Shown: positions 37,074 to 50,017 of the stretch, piece by piece | Layout: each line of letters begins with the position of its first letter | Position numbering within the stretch: the first letter of the stretch is position 1 | DNA from: Iphione sp. A-MEVVRFRX5 | Lineage: Eukaryota | Assembly (NCBI GenBank): GCA_976226885.1 | Contig: OZ320322.1 | Span: forward strand, 25,730,001 to 25,794,000 | Direction of reading: 5' to 3' | Length of the DNA: 64,000 bases | Position numbers and translations under genes: made by a program | Notes under the pieces: generated by a model | Seen by the model: only the letters and a program-made list of their open reading frames with translations | What the model was told of the DNA's origin: nothing | The model's database searches: none

Positions 37074-40000
37074 CAGATAGAGCAGAAGTAAAAGAGTCAA
37101 CGGCATGGCAGTCTTATAGGGTGATATATCAGAGTCATCAACACACAATCGAGAAATTCACAGCGATATTAAAATTGCTAGTTAGGACATAGTGCATCGT
37201 TAAATCATCTTAGGTTGAAAAATGTATGACTTATGTGAGACTACAGATAAACAACATGATTCGCTAAATGATTGATTTAAGTTATATCGCCTAAAGTTAG
37301 AAGAATGGTAATGGTTTTTGATTGCCATCAGAACCTTAATGATATCTCATGTTTATACACCTAACGAAACGTGTACAGTTTTATTTCCTAGGGCAACTTT
37401 CTTGTTCTGATGACAAATATTTATATACATTGTATAAACACTGGGTAATCGTTGTGTGCTGACAGCCTATGTTTCGGGTCCCTTATCTTCCATGGCTTTG
37501 GAATCTCCTCAAGATTTTGCCTTTGATGTTTACTGAAAATGTTGCTTCGTTTTCAGTCTCTTAAACGATATTTTTACTGGACTTACTTTTGAGGCTGCTA
37601 TACTCGTACCAAATACCTTTATCTTTAGCTGCATATCAATTACTATCAGAGAGGGCTGTCTGATGTCGCATTCAGTCCACTTTACAGAATGCTTTACATT
37701 CTTAATACCTATTAGTGCGTTTGCTTCTTAGCTTCCCTGGCGAAATGACAGAAACAAAGAGCTCTTTTATTTCGAACTTGGCTCTACTTTTGGTGGATGT
37801 GCATTGTTGAAACCATCTTTTAATGGACTCGTCTCATTTCTCATCCTTTCTGCCTCACATTTTTGACTGGATTCTGGCCAGATGGCTGTATCACTGTTTC
37901 ATGCAGTGAAAATACTGAAGTGTCTCGTCTCGCTTGTATTTGAGCCGATGCGTCCAGTTGTCCAACTGACGTGTCCTGCTGATTGGGATGGTGAGTTTAC
38001 TCCCCATCACTGTGTCCAGTCCCATATGCTCATTCTTGCTTATGGGTCGTGTTGATGTGTCTCGTCACAGCTAAGGATTGCGACTGATCTGTCGACTGAC
38101 CTACCCAATGACCTCAAAGATAGCATGAATATGAGCCTCAATTTCCAAGAGGTTCGCATAAAAGAACCTTACGCTACATAGAAGTGGTTCCATTTTATGA
38201 AGGTATGAAGGTACAACTAACACTACTTTGGCACAATTTCCAAGATATTTGCACAAAAGGTACATTTAGGTACATTTTGGTTATTTGTACATCCATACAC
38301 ACATACATAGTAATTCCAGACACACGCTAAGAGCCTAGATATATCTGTTTTGATTTGGCTCCGATGCAAGTGGTATTTGTCTTTGTTCTACGTCTGATTA
38401 CTGTATTTTACAAGATATATTGAAATAGAAGTTAAATTATATGATTCAGTTATGATCATTCCTGTGTCTCTACCGATTGTTACTCCTAATCACCAGATTA
38501 TATTCTGAACTATATATTCAGGGATATATACATACATGTACATATCATAAACACGCCATTACATTAGCGCCATCTGTATAGCTATTTGACAAAACTCCAG
38601 ACACCACCTTTATGACTCCATATTGAACATGATCATAATTGCCTAATGTGAGAAAGATTAAAAGGAAGTAGTCGGAATCCGGAAACAAGTATGATTCCGA
38701 ATTACTAGCACAACAATTGGACTTAAATGTAGTGGAAGACATGTTAATAGAAGTAGCCTCAATTTTAAGATTGTCACATTTATAAACATGAACTAGAGAC
38801 AATGAATGCATACAAATAAACAAATTTAATCTAAAAATGGAACATTTAGTTCATCAGTCCACCAATCATACCCTGCTGCGTCTCATACAAGTTTAGCCTA
38901 AATTTGTGTAGGTACATGTTTCTATGTCTGGGATTTCCTGATTTTGTCGGGACTGTGCTTAGTACCAAGGCTGTTTCCATTCACCACAAAAACACGGCTG
39001 ATTTTTCCAGAGTTGTATGAGAAAACGAGATGAAAATGGCCTTGTTAGTTATGTTTTATGCAAAAAAAGAAATATATTCCCATATTTACTCACATTTCTT
39101 CCTTCACTTTTACCCGATTCCCATTATGTGTTTTGCTATTTTCCAGCTACATTTCGGTGCAATTTGCCGCCTTTTAGCCAAATTTATGGGAAAAGTGCCA
39201 TTTTCCATCTGAATTTCCATGACATGCACTGCTTTTTTGTTCAAATTTACTTGAAATGCATATTTTCTTCAATTTCCAGATTAATTTGCAAGGAATTTAT
39301 GACTATTCAGCCGACTTTGCATGCGTGTCTTTCATTTTCCATCTAAATAAACACTTTCATAACCGTGAAGCCATGGCAGAGATTATATGTTTCCACGGTG
39401 AAATGAGGCAAATGCTGCCTGTGAATACGCACTTCCAAGGAATTTCCGCCTTACACTTAGATCACAGTACACACCACACTTTACCTTCTTTTTCTGTCAT
39501 GGATATTTATACCATTACATATTGATGTTTGATTGAAGAAACGTTTCATTGTGGTAGTCTCAATACTGGCCTGGAGGTGTTGAGAGGATACATTTTGTTT
39601 TGATTGCACCATTTCTGTCCAAAGTGGTTTGGGTAGCTGTTATATGCATTGTACACATTCTAGGCGAATGCGTTCATACGTATTTGAAAATATGGAATTG
39701 TGCTTTTGTTCATCTAAGCAATAACAACGGAGTAGAAAACTGTGTTTTGACATGGGCAAAGTCCTTTATTCTTGGTGTTGCTACCGAGCTGAATACAAAG
39801 TAATTTCCTGACAGCTATATGCTTTCGAACCTCCTGGGATTCTTGAAACAAAGAGCTTTGATACTTGAGGAGTAACTGCGAATTCATTGCAAGTGCGCTG
39901 CTGAGGCTTTCCATTGATCCTCTGTTAATCCTTTGTATTCTCTATCATGTTTCTTCACTTCACACCACTGTAGCTCTGTGTATTTGCTATCGCCGGGTTG

Positions 40001-41186
40001 CCTGTCGATGTATCAGAGATATCCTTTTCCGCAATTCAGACACAGCAAAAGCACTGGAAATGAAAATCATTGTCCCTGTGCCTGCCATACGGCTGCTGAA
40101 TTGTGTGAACAGAAGAGCTAGTAAATATCGGGAATCACAGTAGGATTTGCCACACACAGAAAAATTGTCGCCTTCAGAAATAGCTTCGGTGAATACATTT
40201 ATGTCAAAGAGGACGAGAGGCGTACAAGAAAGCACTGATTTACCTAACGATTCCTTTGAAGAGATAGATACTGAAGTTACAATCACACTTAACATGACAG
40301 AAAAGAACTCCACAGCCTGTACATGCACTACATGACTGCGCTATGTTTACAGATAGGGAACTAGAGATCGTTTCAATGAACTTGTAATGAGCTGAAGTTA
40401 TGCTCCTTCTCGGTACTGTGCTTAGTTTGTTTAAGGTTAAAGAATATGAATATCTGCAGTGCAAGCCTCCTAGGGGTTTCCATAAAGGGACCTTGATCCA
40501 TAATCATTAGCAAGTTATGATCTCCTCACCTCTTCTCTTTGGAGATAATTTCGAATTGTGAAATGAGAGACGAAACGAAACCAATAATCATATAGAATAG
40601 TCAAGGTAACTTAATGCCCTTATGCCCTGTTTAGTTGATACTTTGTTCCTCCCAATCATGGCTATTCTACTAGGGGCAACCTTAAGTGATATGTGATGTT
40701 TAACAAGACGTTATCATACAGAGTGGCATCATACTGTCTGTAAACCCAAACATTGGGTACAAAAAAGTCAGAGGCTACCAAGGTAGGCGCTTAGATTTTA
40801 TGGACTCTCTCACTGTTCTTTTGCATTGGGTGATATAAATATATAGGGAAACTTCTCCATTCTGTCACCCCTCCATTCTCACTATTCAACACACAGTTTC
40901 GTGGAATGGAATTAATTCAGGGTAAAATGTGACTTCCGGACCAGGGTGTGTGTTGTTTGAACCATTCAATGACTCATTTTTTTACAAATCTCTCTGTAAC
41001 CCCCCGAAAATCAGTTGAAAAGTGGTTAATTGTATGTATCCATGTAAAAAAATAGTGACCCCTGTCTCTTTGAGGTACATTATATGTTCTGGTTAAAGGG
41101 TTCATTATTCATCATAAGTTATGATTTTTTAAAACTCAACTCTATCCCAATGGAATATAGCAATTGTAAATTTCAGTGTTCCAAAT

Positions 41187-44100
41187 GTGACCCATTCTGG
41201 CGAAATGAGTCAAATATTGGAAAGAATCAAATTTGAGATATTCATTTCATCCAAAAATGCTGTTTCATAGCAGGCATAGCATGTCTTCCTTCCATGAATA
41301 GGCATCATTAAGTGATGTGTAAAAAGTTATGTAGTGATGGGGTAAACCGTCAATGATATAGTGGCCTTTGAAGTTTTGGTAGGCACACTCTACCAGTCTT
41401 CCTGAGCAATGGATATTTCTTATTCTTCAATCTTCCTGAAACTCAACATAGTCTATCTAGACTTTCTAAGCCACAAAATACCAAGGAATCATGTATTTTG
41501 AGACATAAGATTTTATGCCGGACTCTGAAAATGTGACTAGATCTCACTCTGGAATAGAAATTTAACCTAGAAAGGCAAGCACAAAGTCTCACAGTACCTC
41601 CATCCTGAAGCTTAAAAAGGGCTGTAGGTTGACCCTTGTCTTGGAAAATAGTCTGTGTAAGTGTTCATGGTTGTCTTAGGTTGATTAAATGCATAGTCTT
41701 GGAGGTTTTAATAAAATAATAATTATAAAAATGAACTGTCTTGAACAAAGTCATTGTACAAATTATTAGTAAGCATGCATTTTAGTTTTTGATTCCAGTC
41801 AAGTAGATAATCAGGCATTCAAACACCAACAGTGGAACAAGTTCATCTGTTTTTTAGGGGTCGACCACAACTTCCTTTAGCTTGCTTAGTTTGTGGCTGT
41901 GGCTGTGGCTCTGGTTAATATCAGAGTCCTGGTCCAAGCTGGAGCTCTCCATTTGTTTGAGCATCTCCTCCTCCACCTCCTCTGAAGTGTCCAGGGTCCA
42001 GAAATGCCCACGGCACCTACCTTTACCTCTATCTCTGCCTCTATCTCTGCCCCTGCCTCTGACTTGGCCCCAGCCTCTGCCTCATGCAGGGCCTTCCTGT
42101 CCTGGAGCTGGGCCTGGAGCTGGTCCTGGAGCCGGGCCTGGAGCTGGTCCTGGCTCTGTTTCAACTCTGGTTCTGTCACAGCAGGCACAGGAACAGAGGG
42201 CTTTGGGTGCATTATTTCTTTGGTCTCCTCTATGCAGAAGTCTCTGATGTTCTCGAACAGATACCAGTATCTCTTGGTAGACAAACCGGCAGAGGGAACA
42301 GGTGGGGGAGGGTCTCTTGGGACAGCTTGGGGGTTAACATTTAGCATCTTGAAAATGTTTGACTGGCTGTCTACATACTGACATAAGGAGATAACCTTGG
42401 GGTTCTGGTTTGAGAACTCAAAATGGTGAAGTTGCTTAATAAATTGCAAACATCAGACAAAAGGTGAAAGAAAAGCTTGTCAGTCAGTGGATGGCTCATG
42501 AACATTCCCAGACTCATCATCAACAAGTTGGGGAACATTGACCTAATCCTGGGTACTCTTAAGCACTGTCTGAGACAAATGCCATAGGCTAGAGACAGAT
42601 TCACACCAAAACTTCTGTTTCAGCAAACCGAACCACCAGTCTTTGACAAACTTTATGTGGCCAGTAATAAGAAAGTTAAAAGTAATTTGGTTATGACCAG
42701 TCAGGACCCTCCACATGAGATATGCTAGCATCCAATTGTTCTTGTTCTAGCCACTGCAGTTGTCACAGTGGAAATCAACAGGGCATGACCCCAGATCAAA
42801 CATTTTAAAATAATGGTGCAAATTATGAGATTACAGCATTAATTGGCTCCCTTACTCCCACAGTGTCCCTCATCTATAAGATAGTTAACCTGCTTTGGAA
42901 TAGCCTTATTGCACACCCCAAAGATACCCACCTTCCATGGGACTAGAAAATAAAGTGGCCCAGGCTGTATGGGGGGGGAGGGGAGGTGGATCTGCTGGGC
43001 ATAGTCAAAACTGATAGGAGTAGCTATGTCAACAGAGCAGGGTGGGTGTGGACCAAGGGCTGGGACATCTGCTTCCTGATATGCAGCCTTCGCATTCTTC
43101 ACAATATTCTGATAAAATGCTATATGTGTAGATAATACACCAACACAACACAGGAGGTCAGGTTTTGGACAACTTTATTACAATTCCCAACATTTCAAAA
43201 AACTGCCTTCATCAGGGGTAAATATAGTGAGATATGATAAACCTGAAGTACTTTTTTTGGCCAGTTAGTGGCTTGAGTTACCATAATTAGTCTAATGTTG
43301 ATTTGTTGCTTGTGGCTAAGAACCTTGGTTAATACAATGTTCAGATATGTAAATTAAAGTGATAATGAATGTTCTATTTTCTGATAAAATGTCCTTTCTG
43401 CTGTTACTACCTCCAGATGTTTCTGCTACTTCTTAAGTTTTGCTGCCTTGACTATCTCAGGGAGATTACTAGATGAGGAAATGTCCCTGTAGTTACGTTG
43501 ACATTCCCAATATAGATCAGTTCTGGGGTGGGAACAAACTATGTATATGGTAAGGAAGTTACAGCCACAGATTCCGGAATGTGGAGTCTGCTACACACCT
43601 GTACTGAGACTCCTCAATAGCTTGAAGGTACAGTTTGTAGATGTCCACCCTAGTGACAGATGAGGGGAGTGAGAGGAAATCATTGTGCTAGTGGGTAGCT
43701 AGACAGCTAGGTAGAACAAGGGCATTGGTTTCTGCAAATGAGGTGATAAACCCTGCAACTCTCTGATTGTCAGTGAGGTGGAGGATCTTGGTTTTGGACT
43801 GTCTGCCACCAGCCCTCTTGACACGGGGTACAATGCCATCATCCTTATACCATTGAATGATGTTGATGAGTTCGTTTTAGCTGATGCTGGAAGGTAAAGT
43901 GAAACACCCTTAATATCTAACCAAAACAGAAGGCCATCAATGCAAGTGGTTTGTACTATCTAATTGGTGAGTTGTTACATACTCCAAATTCATGACTCTC
44001 TGATATACTTATCTATTAATTAGAAATACTTCTATTACTACTATCTATACATGAAAATTTTATTTTATCATTATGGTACCTGGAAGGAGAAAAGTACAAG

Positions 44101-45782
44101 GATGAGGGATACTCACACATAAATAAACTTAAAGGTGTCCCTGCAAATGACCTTGGAACAAATCATGTAGTGGCTGCGTGAAGTACGTCTCTCGTGCTTC
44201 CCCTTTTCCCCCTTCTTCCACATTGATGTCATGGCACTGATGTCTGTAATCGTGCTTATTTTGCCTTGGAGTAGCATGCCCTTTTCTCCTAGAAGAGATT
44301 TGTATATAAAACATCTCATCAATATGAATAGGGTTGACATAGAATTGTTTTTTCTGGTAAGGTGAAATTGACAAGTTAATAATAGTAATGAATAATTTTG
44401 GCAAAATCAAATCAAAGAGATCTTTGGATAATGGTCGCTGACATTCTCAACAAGTTTTACAAGTTCAGAAAACAATAAGTACCTGAGGACAGCTGGAAAA
44501 TTTCCTGCCATCTGTCTGCTCACTCGGTTGCCATGAACTGTTTGCTATAGTTTTCATCATTGTAGTGTTTGCAAGAACACCTACAGAAAATGTTCACAGT
44601 CACATGGTCAGTTTTCCATAGTTTAACAAATTTTAGAATGACCCTAAATACAACAATAAAAACCAATTCTAACATGTTCACAAGATACTTCAGAACCTGC
44701 AAGGCAATTTCCAATGACAGAGACAACGTTTTGGGTGTTTTCTTAGATTGATGAGAGCAACCACAAATCATTATTAAAGTCAATTAAAAATGGCCCCAAT
44801 TATAATTGCAATGGTAAAAACCTATTCTAATCAGTTCACAAAATACTTCAGATTCTGCAAGGGGATTTAAAACTACAGAGACAATGTCTTAATAGGTTTT
44901 TTCTTAGATTATTGCAAGCAATTGCAAGTCACCATTATGGCAGGTTAAAAAAACTCACCTGAAGTTTTCGCAGCATGTCCACTCATCTTTCAGGATCTCT
45001 TCTGCAGGATCAATGAATACCAGTGGATTATTAACCTCCACTTAGGGTTCATCCTTTTCCTCAGATTGTTCTTTCACCTCCTTGACATCCTCCTCTTCCT
45101 CCAAGCCCTCCTCCAGCTCCTCCTCATAGAGAAAGTACTCATCAACAAGATTCTACCATTGTGCCTCTGCAGCCACACCATATAATTGGCCCTGGTGATG
45201 TTGTTTAAAGCATCCATATTTCCCATCTCTATCACTTATTATCCTCTGCTAGAGCAGAGACCTACATCCACTCACCACAAATCCAGACATTTAAACTGAC
45301 CCAAACAAATGTATGTGGGAGGCTCTCGACCAATCAGCACACTGCATTCGCTACACATGACCCCATGGCAATGATTGTTTATGTCACGCCTCTCTTTAAA
45401 ATGCCTGGTTGTTAGTCCGAAAGAATGCATTTTCAAAATCTGACGATGTCATTGGCTAGAGAACTATACGCCCTTGCAGTAGGTACCTGGGAAATGGGCC
45501 TAGGATGATGGGAGGACCACAAGCTGAGCTACTGAAGTTTGGAAAAATAGCCCAGAGTGAGGGTTCTTTTGTCATTGTGCACTCAAGCATCCACAAACTT
45601 CAGAGCATATTGCAGGCACTTATAGACATCAAAGAGGTCTAATATTTACAGACAGGAAATTTCAGACATGATAGATATGAAAACAATTAAAACCCCATTT
45701 TCAATAATTTGACCAACATCCAACTTTGGATGCCCATATCTTCAGCCCGCAACTTCTGACTCATTTTGCCAGAACGGGTCAC
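41187..45782 (-). mobile_element. Decayed Sola-superfamily DNA transposon (4,596 bp)
   Basis: AAAT|GTGACCCATTCTGGCGAAATGAGTCA ... TGACTCATTTTGCCAGAACGGGTCAC|AAAT: 26-bp TIR (24/26) and 4-bp AWWT-type TSD, enclosing transposase remnants. Confidence 0.85.
41886..45200 (-). pseudogene. Sola-type DDD transposase pseudogene (spliced, with stops and frameshifts)
   Basis: Fragments VICRDTFKFIY, FRNLW, TDLYWECQ, FDYAQQIHLP..QPGPLYF..PWKVGIFGVC, SKGAN, DNCSG*NKN, YLMWRVLTG, GHIKFVKDWWFGLLK, GLSTKRYWYLFENIRDFC, followed by a PGPA repeat and an RG-rich tail in a shifted frame. Confidence 0.85.
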
Positions 45783-46493
45783 AAATGAGGTTCAGTTTTC
45801 ACTGAACATTTTATAGTAACACAGCACAGATTAGTTTTAGGAACCCTAAGTCGTTTCATGTCCTTATCTTTTAAGAAAACTGCTTCTAAACATTTAAATT
45901 TTGTGTCTCGAAGATAAAAAGCAACAACAGAAACAAAGTTTTTACAAGGGTAGAAGCTACAAAAGATTTTGCACATGTCTAAAACGGGGGCAAATTTGAA
46001 GAAGACAAGATGTTTTTCCCAATCCTGGGGAAGATTATAAAAAGTCTTTTGTCAGTGCAGTTTGCCAAAAAGTACATTAATATAAAGGAAATGAAGTGCT
46101 GCACCAAATTTTTTCACGTTCAGAAGCTGCAATCTACCGTTTCTTATACCTGTAAAATTATTAAACCCTTTCGATTTAATCAATGAATCCCTTCATATAG
46201 AAAGCGCCTTCTTTATTTTCACAATTCTTATTCATGTAATAAGATGGTTTTTTACCTACCTTGTCTAATGCGATGTAAGAAATACCATTTAAACAATTGG
46301 TATATGTTACATCACATTTTGTTTCAGTGATGAAATATTGATAAACCTTTGACCTTTACCATGGCCTTAAAGTATTGTATTTCTGACTTTCATCAAGGTT
46401 TTCACAGAAATATCAAGCTTTCAGCCATACCATAACTATACAAGTGTACCTGAAGACCCTCTATCTCTGTTGTAGCTCCAACAAAGAAACATA

Positions 46494-46993
46494 CACAGTG
46501 AAACCCCTCTACGGTGTCGGGGGTGCCCCTTCTGTCCGAGCTACCCCTTCTCCCTCTCTCTCTATCATGTGCCTGGGAACTCATTAAAAGAGGGTCAGGA
46601 GTAATTTCTCCAGGGTCTTGGGACAAAGTCATGCCTCTGCAGTATGTGAGAAGTCATCAAAGGAGGGTCAGGAGTGGGTGTTGAGACGAGCTAGCACCTG
46701 TCGCAGGTGTGAGCGTCCATCAAAGGAGTAAGCGACAGACCTCTTCCCATGTGTCAGGAGGCTGAGAGTGGTTCCTCCATGGTGTCTGTCCACTGTAAAC
46801 CTGTAAAAATCACTGTTTGGGACTGTCCAGGAACTGTCCAGAGGTGAGGTGTCCACTGTCCATGAGTGTCCGCTGTGTCTGGGCACCAATAAACATGATA
46901 TAGAGGCTATTTGGTTCGGACTGATGCCCGGGCGTCTGTTATAGGGGTTGTCCGCTGTGCCCGGGCGTCTGTTGTCAGGGTCTCAACTATACA
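46494..46993. mobile_element. Possible degenerate Tc1/mariner-type non-autonomous element
   Basis: Starts with a CAGTGAAACC motif and has internal GTGTCCGCTG/GCCCGGGCGTCTGTT repeats. The right end (GGTCTCAACTATA) matches only weakly. Confidence 0.25.
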
Positions 46994-47049
46994 GTATTGA
47001 GACAGAGTTCGGCCAGAGTATTCAGTAACATGACTCTGATGTCCTCAGC

Positions 47050-47420
47050 AATAAATGTCTTTAGCATTACCACTCTCTTTACCCATTGCCTGTACATTAT
47101 TATTTTCAACCTCGCATAAAAATACGGGATCTGAAATAAATGTTAAAACCTTCATCTAATCTATAATGGTTACTTTAATCCCATTTATGTTAATATTCAA
47201 ATCATATTCGATTAAGACCAGAAGTAAAAAAATGGATGAGAGCTTTGAAGCCAGAATACTGTTGATGAGTACTTCAATAATTTTCCCCCCTAGACAGGCT
47301 CTTCAGAGGCCACAAATGTGATTTGGAAATTATTTTGCCTTCTTATGGAATCAATTACTAACCTTGATGATCTGGATTCCCTTAAAGTATTGCTCTCTAA
47401 TCGTTACTCATCCAACACAA
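47050..47420 (+). mobile_element. Possible 3' fragment of a CR1/L2-like LINE
   Basis: Degenerate FAFLWNQL..LDDLDSLKVLL, resembling the 'LWNxLP...FKxxL' end of non-LTR ORF2. Confidence 0.3.
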
Positions 47421-49294
47421 TTAATACAGCAATAAGATGCAGCACAAGTTCTTTATTCAACTAGACAAAGTAGTCTCTTGAGACTGACAATACGATACAT
47501 TGACATTGGTACATAAGACAAAATACATGACTGCTGTAGTCTCTAGAGACAGATTTCATGTATTTTACATCCAGACCCCTGGGGCATTATGCCAAGTCGA
47601 ACAGGGTGGCTAGAACCTTGGATGTTTGGTCAGAGGCGATTCGCCTACTGGTGTGTGCTGCAGAGCCTGGTATAGGCTTCCAGGTCCCTTGAGCTATTAT
47701 CTGCGTATCCGTGGCGCCTGTGTCCTGAAGGGACTGTGCACCACCCCTCCTGAAGCTGTGGAGGGAGTACTCTTTGGGGCAGTACCCCGGGTGGGATGGG
47801 GCCTTCTTGAGGGCAGGGGACAATTTGTTAGCTGGGAGGGCCTGATGATACACTGGATCGAAGAATAGTGGTTGGTCTGGGGACCTGGTACGGATATCAG
47901 ACATCATTTTGATGAGGGCCTTTCGGGGGCATACTGGGGAGTCAATGGAAGGGCGGAGGATAGTCTCAGGGCAAGTAGAGGATATGGTTTTGGACCATTT
48001 TATCCTAACTGTCACCTTATTCTCTCAAATGACAACGTCTGAGCGGGTGAGCTGCTTGGTTGGGTTAAACCTTGCCGGGCTCTCAGGGCAATGTTCCTCT
48101 GTCTGACCATACTGAAAAACATGAATGTATATACTGCTTGGAGAGTGGAGCCCAGGGGGCCTAGGGGGGCTAAGAAGTTGTGAGGCCTGGTTAGCATGCA
48201 AGGCGTAAATGGTGCCTTCTGGGCTGGGATATGGGAGGATGACTGTTTCAGGGCCCTGAAAGCAGTGGTTACCCTGAAGGAATTTATACCTTGCAGGTCA
48301 TATTCTTTCGACTGTAGGAAATAGTGGAGGGAGGAATAATGTTTGGCTGTTACATCAGGAGTGAATGAAGCCAAATCAAGGTATTCTATTAGTAGCAGAA
48401 TGTGATAGTCCTGCAGGGCATTCACTGGGTGACCATAGTGTAGGAAAAAGGCCACAGCTAGCTCTGCCTGCTTGACACGACGGGTATTGGTGGACGGAAG
48501 GCCCAGTTTGTTGTTGCCTAAGGATCGCTCGCTCTGCCCGGCGTATTAGTAGGGGTTCTGTAATCAGAAGGAAGGAATTTTAGAGACAACATTATGAGTT
48601 GCGTAGACTCGTGCATTAGTAAGAAATTTTGTGTGGAAGGACTTTTAAACTGCCTTGTATTTAAGGGCGGTGTGGAGATGCGACAGGGCGTCATGGTAGA
48701 TCATTGTACTGCCTAGATGGTGAGTGAATAGGAGTATATTGCTATTTTTGCTGCCCTCATCTAGATTTCCCTGGCTATCATAGCGAGGAATTGGTCCCTA
48801 GTTCTGCCTGATAACAGCACATGTATAGTTGCTGAATTATCGCATATTACTTCAACTCGTTTGTTACGAGTGTGTATACTGCTAAAACAGTGTTGAACGC
48901 TTCCAACTGTAATATTGGTAATGCCTTAATGACTGTCGGGACTGGGACCAAGTAGTGCATAGTGCTTGAATAGGCGTCCATTCCAGAGAGATAGATACAG
49001 AACGAGGGCATGCATGTATGCGATATATTGGCATGGTTTGGATTTGATGCACGAGACACAGTCCAGTGTGGCAAATCCAAACCATGACAATGTATCACAG
49101 ACATGCATGCCCGAGTTCTGTATGTAGCTTAAAGCACGGCCCCCTCCTCTATTGAGCGATTTGTCAGTCCAGTCAAGAAGAATGGGTTTCATGCCAACCC
49201 AGTTGATTGGTTTTTAGATGAGGACAGGTCAAGAAGGTTTGTAGAGAGAGAATATATTGCAGACATGCATGCCCGAGTTTTGTATGTAGCTTAA

Positions 49295-49346
49295 AGCACG
49301 GCTCACAACTACAATACTAACAAACCCCCCACCGACCCCCCTTATC

Positions 49347-49380
<34 letters not shown>

Positions 49381-49726
49381 CAAAACGTTTGAGAGAAAAA
49401 GTGAGAGAGCAGTAATCCTTCTCCCCTTTCTCTTCCTTTCTCCCCTCTCTCCCTGTCCCTCTCCTTCTCTCGCTCTCTCCTTCTCCATCTCACTTTTCTC
49501 TCCCTCTCCCCTTTGTCTTCCTCTCCCTCTCTGTCCCTCACCCCTTCTCTCTCCTTCTCCACCTTGTCTTTCACTCTCTCTCTCTCTTCCTCTCTCCCCT
49601 CTCTCCTGGACCTCATTGCCTCCCCTCTCTCTCCTTCCTCCTCTCCCTCGCTCTCCCTCTCCTTCTTGCCTTTCCCTCTCCCTCTCCCCTTCTCTCTTCC
49701 TCTCTGTCCCTCACCCTCTCTCTCTC

Positions 49727-49772
<46 letters not shown>

Positions 49773-50017
49773 CACTAATGAATGCAGGAATGATATTCCA
49801 ATTCACTGTGGTAGCTCTGTGGTGCAGTGGATAGGAGTGCTGGCCTTAATGGTTTCATGCCTCTGTGGAGAGGATAGTCAGGTCTGTGTGCACCCACACC
49901 CTTAGCAGATTGATTGTGTACATTGTGAAACCCACTCATCCATAACCGTGCACTATGCGAAATACAGGCATGGTCGCTCAAATAGGCTCAATGAAGAAAA
50001 AAGATGGCCGCCGTGCT
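49295..50017. mobile_element. Possible Kolobok-like non-autonomous insertion in the DIRS RT/RNase H junction
   Basis: TTAA|AGCACGGC ... GCCGTGCT|TTAA: 8-bp TIR starting AG, with TTAA duplication. The DIRS reading frame breaks exactly at the right TTAA. Confidence 0.5.
49350..49770. repeat. (GA)n/(CT)n microsatellites and long polypyrimidine tract
   Basis: (GA)n at about 49350-49378, followed by about 350 bp of almost pure C/T ending in (CT)n at about 49770. Confidence 0.95.

Noticed and set aside
38969-38985. Harbinger-like terminus GGCTGTTTCCATTCACC
   Set aside because: No matching inverted partner or TSD was found.
39865-40335. Frame ending in ...TACTCTT* as a possible further cystine-knot paralog
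   Set aside because: It lacks CxGxC and the CC-x15-C-x17 spacing; a terminal CxC alone is insufficient.
41882-42381. Plus-strand ORFs with GAGP/WSW repeats
   Set aside because: They are antisense readings of the low-complexity C-terminus of the Sola transposase.
49805-49860. tRNA/SINE-like A-box (GCTCTGTGGTGCAGTGGATAG)
   Set aside because: No B-box and no cloverleaf can be formed.
49380-49905. ORFs rich in RE/SL dipeptides
   Set aside because: They are translations of the GA/CT microsatellite.
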